Part shown: one piece after another, positions 1 through 7,724 of the stretch
How positions within the stretch are numbered: position 1 is the first letter of the stretch
How the letters are laid out: each line of letters begins with the position of its first letter
Position numbers and translations under genes: made by a program
From: Candidatus Eiseniibacteriota bacterium
GTDB taxonomy: Bacteria; Eisenbacteria; RBG-16-71-46; SZUA-252
Reading direction: 5' to 3'
Assembly (NCBI GenBank): GCA_031370645.1
Contig: JANMQV010000101.1
Location: 1-12,042 of the forward strand
DNA length: 12,042 bases
Notes under the pieces: generated by a model
What the model was told of the DNA's origin: nothing
What the model saw: the letters and a program-made list of their open reading frames with translations, nothing else
The model's database searches: none

Positions 1-4
1 CGAA

Positions 5-1804
5 TCACCGCCGCCCGAAGCGGCGGTCGAGCTCCTCCATGGAGACGCGCACGTACGTCGCGCGCCCGTGAGGATCGCCGTGCGGCAACTCGGTCGCGAA
101 GAGCCGGTCGACGAGCGCGCGACGCTCGGCCGGTTTCAACGGCTGTCCCGAGCGAACCGCCGCATGGCAGGCGAAGGTCTTCGCGAGCCGCTCCTCGGGA
201 GCATCTCCCGAAGCGTCGGCGTCGTCGGTCGCGATCAAGAGCCGCTTCAGCGCCTCGATCGCCGCCTCTTCCGGAATGGAGGCCGGCACGCCGCGCACCG
301 CGATCTGGCGTTCCCCGAAGAGACCAACCTCGTAGCCGAGCCGCTTCAGCCGCGTCTCGTGGAGGAGAAGCGTGTCGAGCTCGTCCCGCGTCAAGTCGAG
401 AACGCGCGGGAAGAGGAGATGCTGCGTCGACCCGCCGGGTCCGTAGAGCCGCTCGCGCGCCTCCTCGTAGAGAATCCGCTCGTGGGCCGCATGCTGGTCG
501 ATTATGACGAGACCGCCGCGAATCGGGGCGAGGAGGTAGCGATCGTGGAGTTGCCAGATGGCGATCTCCGGTTCCGCGAGATTTTCCCGCAGGTCGCCGG
601 TGTCGCCCTCTCGCGCCACATCGGAACCGAGCGAATCGGGCGGCGCGTAGAGCGCGCGCGCCAACTCGAGTCCATCGATGACCGGCTGGCTCCCGCTCGG
701 TGGCGCGGGAAACCCTTCGCCCGGTGTCGCGTTCGAAACGAATTCGACTCCCGCGAAGGGACGCCCGGCGGCGCCGGTGCCGCTACCGAGCGCCACGCCC
801 GCGGGTACGTAGCGCCGCATCGCTTCTTCCACCGCCGCGCGCGTCGCTTGGAAGAGGCGCGATTCGTCGCGGAAGCGGACTTCCCGCTTCGTCGGGTGGA
901 CATTCACGTCGACGAGCGACGGATCGATCTCGACCATGAGGAGCCCGATCGGATAGCGGTCCGACGGGATGAGATTCCCGTACCCTTGCCGAAGCGCCGC
1001 CCCGAGCGTCGGCGAAGAGACGACGCGCCCGTTCACCGCGAAGAATTGATGATCGCGGTTCGCGCGCGCCTGTTCCGGCGTTCCGAGGACGCCGCGAACG
1101 ATGACCCCCGCGATCTCACCTTCGAACGCCACGCCTCCCTCGCTCCCGGAGGAGGCGCCGCGGCCGTAGACGATCGCCCAGCGCTCCATGAAGTCGGCGG
1201 CGGGAGGAAGATCGACGTCCTCGCGACCTTCGATCTGGAGACGCCAATGGATGGCGGGCGTGGTCAGGATGTAACTCCAGACGACGCGCGAGAGGGCCCT
1301 CGTCTCGCTCTCACGCGACTTCAGGAAGCGAAGCCGCGCGGGGGTATTGAAGAATAGATCCTCGACGCTGACCGTCGTCCCCGCGGCGCGACCGACGCCG
1401 GAGACCTGGATCATCGTTCCACCGAGCACTTCAACCTGGGTTCCGGTGAGATCCTCGGCCGAGCGCGTCGAGAGCGTGAAGCGCGACACCTCCGCGATGC
1501 TCGCGAGCGCTTCCCCGCGAAACCCGAGCGTCCGGATGGAGGCGAGCTCGCTGTCGTGCTCGAGTTTCGACGTGGCGTGGCGCTTGATGGAGAGCGCGGC
1601 ATCTTCGCGCGTCATTCCCGCGCCGTCGTCTTGCACGCGAATCAGGCGCTCCGGACTCGAGCCGACGTGCACCGCGATCAGGCGGCTGCCGGCGTCGATG
1701 GCGTTCTCGATCAATTCCTTCGCGACGGCGGCGGGGCGGTCGATCACCTCGCCGGCGCGGATCTTCCCCACGACGTCGGGCGGCAATACGTGAATGCGGG
1801 ACAT
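5..1804 (-). CDS. mutL: DNA mismatch repair endonuclease MutL (~599 aa)
   Basis: N-terminal GHKL ATPase motifs are present (IRAGEVIDRP, KELIENAIDAG, DDGAGM, HATSK, LGFRGEALASI, GTTV, LFFNTPAR), as is DVNVHPTKREVRF. The C-terminus has the endonuclease motif DQHAAHERILYE (464-499), the clamp motif QHLLFP (407-424), ACH and DPHGR. Start placed at ATG 1804 (MSRIHVL), 1 nt after the upstream gene's TAG; the ORF track's 1813 start is an alternative. Confidence 0.98.
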   Translation of the reverse strand: MSRIHVLPPDVVGKIRAGEVIDRPAAVAKELIENAIDAGSRLIAVHVGSSPERLIRVQDDGAGMTREDAALSIKRHATSKLEHDSELASIRTLGFRGEALASIAEVSRFTLSTRSAEDLTGTQVEVLGGTMIQVSGVGRAAGTTVSVEDLFFNTPARLRFLKSRESETRALSRVVWSYILTTPAIHWRLQIEGREDVDLPPAADFMERWAIVYGRGASSGSEGGVAFEGEIAGVIVRGVLGTPEQARANRDHQFFAVNGRVVSSPTLGAALRQGYGNLIPSDRYPIGLLMVEIDPSLVDVNVHPTKREVRFRDESRLFQATRAAVEEAMRRYVPAGVALGSGTGAAGRPFAGVEFVSNATPGEGFPAPPSGSQPVIDGLELARALYAPPDSLGSDVAREGDTGDLRENLAEPEIAIWQLHDRYLLAPIRGGLVIIDQHAAHERILYEEARERLYGPGGSTQHLLFPRVLDLTRDELDTLLLHETRLKRLGYEVGLFGERQIAVRGVPASIPEEAAIEALKRLLIATDDADASGDAPEERLAKTFACHAAVRSGQPLKPAERRALVDRLFATELPHGDPHGRATYVRVSMEELDRRFGRR

Positions 1805-1805
1805 G

Positions 1806-3020
1806 CTAGGCATGCAACCTCAGGACGGGGAGTTCGCGCGGGAAGCGGGAGAGGAAACGCGCGCCGTCCTTCTCGACGACGACGTCCTCCTCTAGCGAGA
1901 CGAGCCCGTGTCCGTCCAGGATGAGGCTCGGCTCCAGCGTGTAGACGCTTCCCTCCAGCACTTTCTCGTTCGGCGATTCGCCGTATCGCTCCCAGCGGGG
2001 ACCCAGCGTGCCGCCGCCGTCGTGCACGGCGCGGCCGAGGTGATGTCCGAGCGCGTGCGCGTATTCGGGATAGCCGCGCGACGTGAGGTGCTCGCGCGCG
2101 ACGGCATCGACTTCCCATCCCGTCACGCCGGGCTTAAGCGCGGCCGCCGACTTCTCAATCGCTTCCACCACCGCCGTGTAGGCGTCGCGTACGGCGGTCG
2201 GAACGGAGCCGTCCTCCGCCGCGACGTACCAGACGCGCTGGAGATCGGAGCGATAACCCTCTCGCGCGATGCCGAAATCGACGTGGACGAGACACCCCAG
2301 TTCGATGGCGTCGTCGCCCGGCCTGACGTGCCCCACCGGCGAGCGTCCCCCGATCGAGACCGTCGGGCAATGCCCCCGGGGCCACGCGGTCGGCACGCCG
2401 CCGCGCTCCGCCTCCGCGTGGAAGAGGGCCGCGATCTGGCGCGCGGTCATTCCCAGACGGAACGCATCGCGGACTCGGTCGAACATCGCTTCGGTCTCTT
2501 CGACCGCGTGGACGATGAGGTCCAGTTCTTCGGCCTGCTTCACCGAGCGCCAGTGCGCGAGAAACGGAGCCGCTGAGACGAGGCGCGAGGCGTGAGGCGT
2601 CGCCGCGAGAAGCCCAGTCAGCCAGTCACGGAGACCGGCCGTCAGACCATCGGCGAGCGCGTCGTCCACGGAGACGTCGATTCCGATCTTCTTCGCCGCG
2701 AAGGAGTCGAGGAGCGATAGGAGTGCTGCGTTCGCGCCTTCCTGGTACGTCACGACGGCGTCGAAGAGACCGAGCCGAACGAGATCGGGCGAATCAAACG
2801 TGGCGACAAGCGCGACCGATCGCGACGGGCCGATCAGAAAGGCGCTCGTCCAGGTGAAGTCGAGATCGAAGAAGAACGGAAGGACCGGTTCGGGGCGGTC
2901 GCTCGACTCCCGGACGAGGATGAGCCAGAGATCGAGACCGTATTCCGGCAATAGCGCTTGGGCCTGGGCGAGTTTCCTGCGTCCGAGCGTGGCGGGGCGT
3001 GTTCCTGTAACCGGGGACAT
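1806..3020 (-). CDS. M24 family metallopeptidase (Xaa-Pro aminopeptidase/dipeptidase-like), 404 aa
   Basis: Pita-bread fold metal ligands occur in the expected order: VHVDFG (D), YRSDLQR (D), HALGHHLG (H), TLEPS (E), LEEDVVV (E). The RSVKQAEEL junction follows a creatinase-N-like domain. SD-like TAAGGT lies 6 nt before the ATG. No signal peptide is evident. Confidence 0.93.
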   Translation of the reverse strand: MSPVTGTRPATLGRRKLAQAQALLPEYGLDLWLILVRESSDRPEPVLPFFFDLDFTWTSAFLIGPSRSVALVATFDSPDLVRLGLFDAVVTYQEGANAALLSLLDSFAAKKIGIDVSVDDALADGLTAGLRDWLTGLLAATPHASRLVSAAPFLAHWRSVKQAEELDLIVHAVEETEAMFDRVRDAFRLGMTARQIAALFHAEAERGGVPTAWPRGHCPTVSIGGRSPVGHVRPGDDAIELGCLVHVDFGIAREGYRSDLQRVWYVAAEDGSVPTAVRDAYTAVVEAIEKSAAALKPGVTGWEVDAVAREHLTSRGYPEYAHALGHHLGRAVHDGGGTLGPRWERYGESPNEKVLEGSVYTLEPSLILDGHGLVSLEEDVVVEKDGARFLSRFPRELPVLRLHA

Positions 3021-3054
3021 GCCGGTACCTTAGCGGGTGCCGCCCGCTCCGGCA
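3020..3054 (-). promoter_or_regulatory. Hairpin enclosing the ribosome-binding site of the M24 peptidase gene
   Basis: Minus-strand RNA reads UGCCGG-AGCGGG-cggca-CCCGCU-aaggua-CCGGCA(UG). This forms two 6-bp stems, with the SD-like AAGGU in a 6-nt bulge and the A of AUG paired. Confidence 0.4.
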
Positions 3055-3064
3055 ATGGAAACGT

Positions 3065-5326
3065 CTAGTAGGCGGAATCTCTCCGGAGGAGTTCGAGAAG
3101 TTCCCCGCCCGTCGGAACTTCGTCGGGATAGGTGAACTGCTGGCCCAGCAGTCGGACCTCGGAGGGGTTCTGAAGCGATTGGACGCAGGGGAGACCCGGC
3201 ACCAGGTGATCGAGCCGGCGAAGGAGGGCGCCGCTGTCCTTGTCGGTCTCCGGCGAAAGGACCGCGAAACGGCCGCCGCCGAGACGCGCGACCGCGTCCA
3301 CTTCGCGCACATTTCGAGAGAGCGCCTCGGCGAACTCGCGGAGGAGCGACTTCGCCCACTCGGTGCCGTGCTTCGCCTCGAGACCGTCGAATTCGGCGAG
3401 CGTGCAGAGCGTGAGAAGGAAGCGTTCGTGATACCGCTCCGCGCGTTTTACCTCTTCCTGAATGCGAGCCTCGAGCCCCGGCGCTCCGAGGAGCCCGGTC
3501 ACCGCGTCCTGCACGGGGCGGGAGTCGCCCGCCGAAAGCGCGGTCTGTTCCCAGGCGAGCGAAACATAGAGTGAGATCTTTCGGAGCGCCTCGAGATCGA
3601 CCGCGTCGAGCGGCGATCCGAGCCGCTCCACGATGGCGCCGTCGTGCGCGACGACCGAGAGCGTGCCGAGCACGCGCTCTCCGAGACGAATCGGCGCGAT
3701 CATGTGCGCCGGTTCGTCCCCCGCGCCACCCAGCGACACGCGCTCGGCGCCGTCGGAGAGTACCGCCGCCGAGAGAACCGCCTCTCGCGCTGACGTTTCC
3801 AGACGATCGCCGTCGGCGCCGTCGAAGGCGTTTCGCTCCACGACCGCCCCTTCGCGCCCCAGGAGGTGCGCGGCCACGTAGCAACGGGGGTGAAGGCTTC
3901 GAAGCGCGCCGACCGCCTCGCTGCAGAGAAACTCCACGTCGCGTGACATCATGAGACGGGGCGCGACGTCGGCCAACTTGCCGAAGACGACACTCTGGCG
4001 CGCGACGGCGTCCTCCGCCCGGTGCGCCTCGACGAGCCGGCCGAGTTGCGTGCCGAGCTTGAGCATCATTCGGAGGAACGCTTCGACATCGTCCCCCGCC
4101 ACCGGAACGCTCTCCGCCACGAGAACGCCGAGGCGCGGATTTCCGCCTACCGGAACGGCGATGAGATTCGGCGTCGTGACGCGCCCGAATCGCGAGGCGA
4201 GGAAGAGAGGCTCGCCGTCGCGAAGCACCGTGGCCAGGATTCCGGCCGCGGCCGTCGGGAGCGATCCCTCGGGGCCTTGCGGCGTCTGCGAGGAGACGAC
4301 GGTGAAGCGCCGCCCCGCCGCATCGGCCAGGTAGAGCGCCACCGACGACGCCTCGAGCGGAACGACGAGACCGTGCGCCACCGCGCGGTAGCGTCCCGCG
4401 CGATCGGCGGGCGCCGCGAGGAACGCCTCCTCCATCGCCTGGCGCGCGCGAAGCTCCGTCGCCTGGAGATCGCGTTTGGAGCGTTCCACGACGCGGTCGA
4501 GAATCGTGGAGATCTGCCCGCCGATCTCCACCAACCGCGAGAGATCGCCGTCGTGAAAGCGCTTCCCGGGCTGGCTGCTCGAGACGTTCAGCACGCCGAT
4601 GATCCTTCCGTCGAGCTTGATCGGGGCGGACATGGCGGCGCTGATGCGTGAGCGCTCACGCCCTTCCTTGAAGCGCGGGTCGTCGATGCGGTCGTGGAGG
4701 AGGATGGGGCGCCCATCCTTTGCCACCTTCCCCGCGATCCCTTCCCCGATCCGCTGGCGCATCGAGCGGACGACGTCGCTCGAGAGGCCGTCGGCGAACG
4801 CGATCCGCAACTCTCCCGCTTCCTCGTCCACCAGCATGATGGAGCCGGCGTCGGAGCCGGTCTGCTCCACGGCGAGCGAGAGCACTTCCCGGAAGAGGCG
4901 CTGGCGGTCGTCGGAAAGCGCGAAGGCGTCGCGGAGCTGTCCGAGCCGCGTGCCGGTCGCCCGCTCGAAGAGGACTTCCCACTCCTGGATCGGTGTGGCA
5001 TCGCCGGTGGCGTCGGGCGTGGCGGGCGTCTCGAGGCGGCCGTTCAATTCGTCGAGCGTCACGAAGAGCCGCGGGGAGAAGCCGGCCTTCAGGAGCATGG
5101 CGGCGCTCGGCGTCTCGAGCGAAGGGAGGGCGACGAGGTCGGGCTTGAGGTTTAGAAGGTCGAGCGGCTCGGTGGAGCGAGGGACCTGGAGCATCTCCGC
5201 GATGCGCAGCGCAAGAGCGTCGGCGTCCCCGTGCGCGACGAGAACGACCTCCACGTCTTTCGTCTGGCGGGCCTTCGGGATGAGATCGACACGATCATCC
5301 GGAAGATCCAGAAACGCGAGCTTCAT
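3065..5326 (-). CDS. Multi-GAF sensor protein with N-terminal degenerate Rossmann-like domain and C-terminal degenerate GGDEF domain (~753 aa)
   Basis: One clear GAF domain (AGSIMLVDEE...GEGIAGKVAKDGRP...DDPRF...SAPIKLDGRIIGVLNV) and two weaker GAF-like segments (LIAVPV...LGVLV; MIAPIRLGERVLGTL). The C-terminus DAVTGLL...EEVKRAERY...VREVDAVARLGGGRFAVL is GGDEF-like. Start placed at ATG 5326 (MKLAFLD), preceded by GGAG; the ORF extension to 5452 looks non-coding. Confidence 0.88.
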   Translation of the reverse strand: MKLAFLDLPDDRVDLIPKARQTKDVEVVLVAHGDADALALRIAEMLQVPRSTEPLDLLNLKPDLVALPSLETPSAAMLLKAGFSPRLFVTLDELNGRLETPATPDATGDATPIQEWEVLFERATGTRLGQLRDAFALSDDRQRLFREVLSLAVEQTGSDAGSIMLVDEEAGELRIAFADGLSSDVVRSMRQRIGEGIAGKVAKDGRPILLHDRIDDPRFKEGRERSRISAAMSAPIKLDGRIIGVLNVSSSQPGKRFHDGDLSRLVEIGGQISTILDRVVERSKRDLQATELRARQAMEEAFLAAPADRAGRYRAVAHGLVVPLEASSVALYLADAAGRRFTVVSSQTPQGPEGSLPTAAAGILATVLRDGEPLFLASRFGRVTTPNLIAVPVGGNPRLGVLVAESVPVAGDDVEAFLRMMLKLGTQLGRLVEAHRAEDAVARQSVVFGKLADVAPRLMMSRDVEFLCSEAVGALRSLHPRCYVAAHLLGREGAVVERNAFDGADGDRLETSAREAVLSAAVLSDGAERVSLGGAGDEPAHMIAPIRLGERVLGTLSVVAHDGAIVERLGSPLDAVDLEALRKISLYVSLAWEQTALSAGDSRPVQDAVTGLLGAPGLEARIQEEVKRAERYHERFLLTLCTLAEFDGLEAKHGTEWAKSLLREFAEALSRNVREVDAVARLGGGRFAVLSPETDKDSGALLRRLDHLVPGLPCVQSLQNPSEVRLLGQQFTYPDEVPTGGELLELLRRDSAY

Positions 5327-5392
5327 GAAACTCCAAGTCGGCCGGTTGGGATGCAATCCAAGTGGGATGAGTCCACGGCCGTAAACGCAAGG

Positions 5393-5401
5393 AGTGTACC
5401 A
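5393..5401 (-). promoter_or_regulatory. Putative extended -10 sigma70-type promoter for the GAF/GGDEF*-M24-mutL unit
   Basis: TGgTACACT on the minus strand matches TGnTAnnnT and lies about 66 nt upstream of ATG 5326 in a 210-nt intergenic region. No good -35 element at 17 nt spacing. Confidence 0.5.
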
Positions 5402-5464
5402 TTCTCGGCCGCCGGGCCTGATCCGCAGGGGGCACCCGTAACAGGCCGTCATCGCGCACGTTGC

Positions 5465-5510
5465 GGAAACGGAAGCGGCCTCCCCGCCCGGACCGGGCGA
5501 AGAGGCCGCT
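5465..5510 (-). terminator. Long GC-rich hairpin after the propeller gene; putative terminator or mRNA 3' stabiliser
   Basis: AGCGGCCUCUUCGCCCG-guc-CGGGCGGGGAGGCCGCU (5510-5474) forms a 17-bp stem with two G-U pairs that work only on the minus-strand RNA. It lies 26 nt after the TAA stop and is followed by an imperfect U tract (UCCGUUUCC). Confidence 0.6.
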
Positions 5511-5536
5511 CATCGCGGAGGATGCGAATCGCACGA

Positions 5537-7699
5537 TTACGGCGCGGTGGATAGCACTTTGCCAACCGCCACGTTGCGATCTTGGTCGGAGGCTCGGACC
5601 GTAACGGCGTGCTCGCCGCGTTCCACGTCGGGGATCACGAACTCAAACGCCTCTTCGCGCTGATCGTAGATCCCGTCCTTCGGGAAGACCTCCTTCCAGT
5701 CGCCGCCGTCGAGCGAGTACTCGATGGAGGAGATCCGCGTGTCGGCGTCGGAGGCAGTACCGCTGACGACGAGCGAGGACTTCGCTCCGGCCTTGGCAGA
5801 GCGGGTCGCGACGCGAAGTGTCTCGACGCGGGGCGGAATATTGTCGATGTGAAACGGCGCGCTCAGCCGCTCGGTCGTGAGTTCGGTGCCGGGAGGGTTC
5901 CCCTTCTTGTCGCTCGCTACGACCCTCACGCGATAGTCTCCGTTGGAATACGACTCGGCGTCCCACGAGTAGAGTTTCTCCGGAATTCCCTCGGCCATCC
6001 GGCGCCATGTCTTCTCGTCGGCCGCTTTCAAATAGACGTCGTACGTCACGTCGTCGCCGTTCGGATCGAGCCCCTCCCAGGTGACGGTGCGAATGCCGCG
6101 CGCCCACGCCGCGCTGGCGTCGGAAACGGGTCGCGGACCAGAACGCGGATAGGAGTACTCGACCTTGAGTCCGCTCGGGAAGGTCTGTGAAATCTGCGGC
6201 GGCCGGTACTCGGGGCCGCCTTCCATGAACGGCTGATCGGGACCGTACATCTTGATCGCGCCGAGTTCGGGGGCGAGGTTTCGTGACAGATACGAAAGAT
6301 CGACGGTGGAAACCGTCGGTCCGTCCCCGCTTCCTCCCCTGAAGCGAAGGCGATATTGCAGAAAACGCGCGGGGGGACTCGCGATCGGAGCCTCGCCCGA
6401 GCGAAGCGGCGTGTCGGGCGACCAAGCGCTCCATCCCTCGTCCGGCGTCTCGCCGAATCCGGAACGCGTGGAGAGAAGCACGTCGCCCGGGCCCGCGACG
6501 CGCGCGGCAAACCGTCCCCAACTCGCGACGGAGCGGAGATCGTGAGCGTCGGAGATGTAGCGCCCCTCCTTCGCCTTTCCCGGTCCCAGCGCGAAGAGCG
6601 CCGCGGGATTGCCGGTGACGGCGAATATCGCGTCGCCGCTTCCGGCCAGCGCCAGAACCTGCTTCTCGCGAGGCGCCGCGAGGAGCGCGAACTTCCGATC
6701 GGTGTCGATGCGGAATACGGCGGCCGGCTGGCCCGTCGCCGCGAGGACCGACTTCTTCCCCGCCGGACGAAGCGCATAGACGAACTCGCACGGCGGCGAG
6801 TAGAGCACCCGGGCGCTCCCATCCGGCTGAACGAGAAAGATGCCGCATTTCCCGGCGCCTTGCGGCGTCACGTCGATCGCGAAGGGATTCGCGGCGCGCC
6901 CGGCCGCGCCACCGCTTCGCGCGGTCTGCGTGCGATTCGTTCCGATCGCGATCGATCCGTCGTCGAGAACGGCGATGGCGCGAAGTTCGTCGGCATCGGC
7001 GTCGTAGAGGACGCGCGTCGCGCCGCCCTTTTCCACGCGGAGGAGGAGCCCCTTCCCCGCCGTTCCCGCGAGGAGCGCGCCGTCCGCGGTTTCGGCCAAG
7101 GCCATCACATTGACGTCTTTCGACTCCGTGAGGAGCACACCGGCCTTCGGACCGGTGATCTTGAAGATCTTGCCCGCGCTTCCCGTGCCGGCGTACAGCG
7201 CCCCGTCTTTCCCGATGAGGAGCGACCAAACCGATCCTTGGGCGGTGTCGTAGTAGCGCGTCGTATCGCCCTTCGCGTCGACGCGGAAGATGACGCCTCC
7301 CGGCGAGGAGCCGGCGTAAACGTTGTCGGCGGCGTCAATGGCGAGCGAGGTGATCTCAGCCGCATCGGTGTCCCACACGAGCTTGAGGCCCGAACCCGGC
7401 GTCCAGCGATAAATCCTTCCTTCGTCCCCCGTGCCGAGCCAGACGCGCCCCTTCGAGTCGCGCGCGGCCGCCCAGACGTAGGAGGCGCCTTCGATCTTTG
7501 TGGCGAGTGAGTCCCAGGCGGCGCCAAGTGAAAGGGCTCCGTCGCTCTCGATCGTGACCCCGACCGCTTCCTCCCCGGCGAAGAGGTCGTCCACGTCCCG
7601 GATTTCCCAGTACGACGTCGAGACCGCTCTTGCGGACCCCGCGGCCGTAAGGGCCACGGCGATCGCCGCGAACGACATCCAACTCCGCCATCGATTCAG
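5537..7699 (-). CDS. Secreted beta-propeller repeat protein with C-terminal Fn3/Ig-like domains (~720 aa), function unknown
   Basis: Signal peptide (RWRSWMSFAAIAVALTAAGSARA|V, AxA site). About 7 repeats of ~40 aa, e.g. YVWAAARDSKGRVWLGTGDEGRIYR, EITSLAIDAADNVYAGSSPGGVIFR, SVWSLLIGKDGALYAGTGSAGKIFK, NVMALAETADGALLAGTAGKGLLLR. C-terminal beta-sandwich signatures include DPNGDDVTYDVY, GDYRVRVVASD, DNIPP, IEYSLDGGDW and HAVTVRASDQDRN. Start is either CTG 7699 or ATG 7678. Confidence 0.85.
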   Translation of the reverse strand: MNRWRSWMSFAAIAVALTAAGSARAVSTSYWEIRDVDDLFAGEEAVGVTIESDGALSLGAAWDSLATKIEGASYVWAAARDSKGRVWLGTGDEGRIYRWTPGSGLKLVWDTDAAEITSLAIDAADNVYAGSSPGGVIFRVDAKGDTTRYYDTAQGSVWSLLIGKDGALYAGTGSAGKIFKITGPKAGVLLTESKDVNVMALAETADGALLAGTAGKGLLLRVEKGGATRVLYDADADELRAIAVLDDGSIAIGTNRTQTARSGGAAGRAANPFAIDVTPQGAGKCGIFLVQPDGSARVLYSPPCEFVYALRPAGKKSVLAATGQPAAVFRIDTDRKFALLAAPREKQVLALAGSGDAIFAVTGNPAALFALGPGKAKEGRYISDAHDLRSVASWGRFAARVAGPGDVLLSTRSGFGETPDEGWSAWSPDTPLRSGEAPIASPPARFLQYRLRFRGGSGDGPTVSTVDLSYLSRNLAPELGAIKMYGPDQPFMEGGPEYRPPQISQTFPSGLKVEYSYPRSGPRPVSDASAAWARGIRTVTWEGLDPNGDDVTYDVYLKAADEKTWRRMAEGIPEKLYSWDAESYSNGDYRVRVVASDKKGNPPGTELTTERLSAPFHIDNIPPRVETLRVATRSAKAGAKSSLVVSGTASDADTRISSIEYSLDGGDWKEVFPKDGIYDQREEAFEFVIPDVERGEHAVTVRASDQDRNVAVGKVLSTAP

Positions 7700-7706
7700 G
7701 GTCGCT

Positions 7707-7712
7707 CTCCTT
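7707..7712 (-). promoter_or_regulatory. Shine-Dalgarno sequence of the propeller gene
   Basis: AAGGAG on the minus strand, 12 nt after the S55 gene stop and 7 nt before an in-frame CTG (7699). Confidence 0.65.
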
Positions 7713-7724
7713 TCGCTTTCGTAC

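Noticed and set aside
68-1357. 429-aa plus-strand ORF antisense to mutL
   Set aside because: Same shadow-ORF pattern and no recognisable protein features.
3065-3510. Annotation as an active diguanylate cyclase
   Set aside because: The GGDEF motif is GGGRF, and the metal- and GTP-binding residues are absent.
5327-5392. Possible c-di-GMP riboswitch in the leader of the GGDEF* gene (contains a CATCCCA direct repeat)
   Set aside because: I could not find the conserved GEMM features (GNRA tetraloop/receptor, GCAAA elements), and the leader is short. An Infernal search would be needed for any claim.
5327-5452. Upstream extensions in the ORF track (5452 for GGDEF*, also 7774 and 9647 for the secreted proteins)
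   Set aside because: They overlap promoter-like elements or neighbouring genes and would bury the signal peptides. The downstream starts are better supported.
5643-7229. 528-aa alternative-frame minus-strand ORF within the propeller gene
   Set aside because: Extremely Arg/Gly-rich off-frame translation caused by GC bias. The main frame is intact, so no frameshift is implied.
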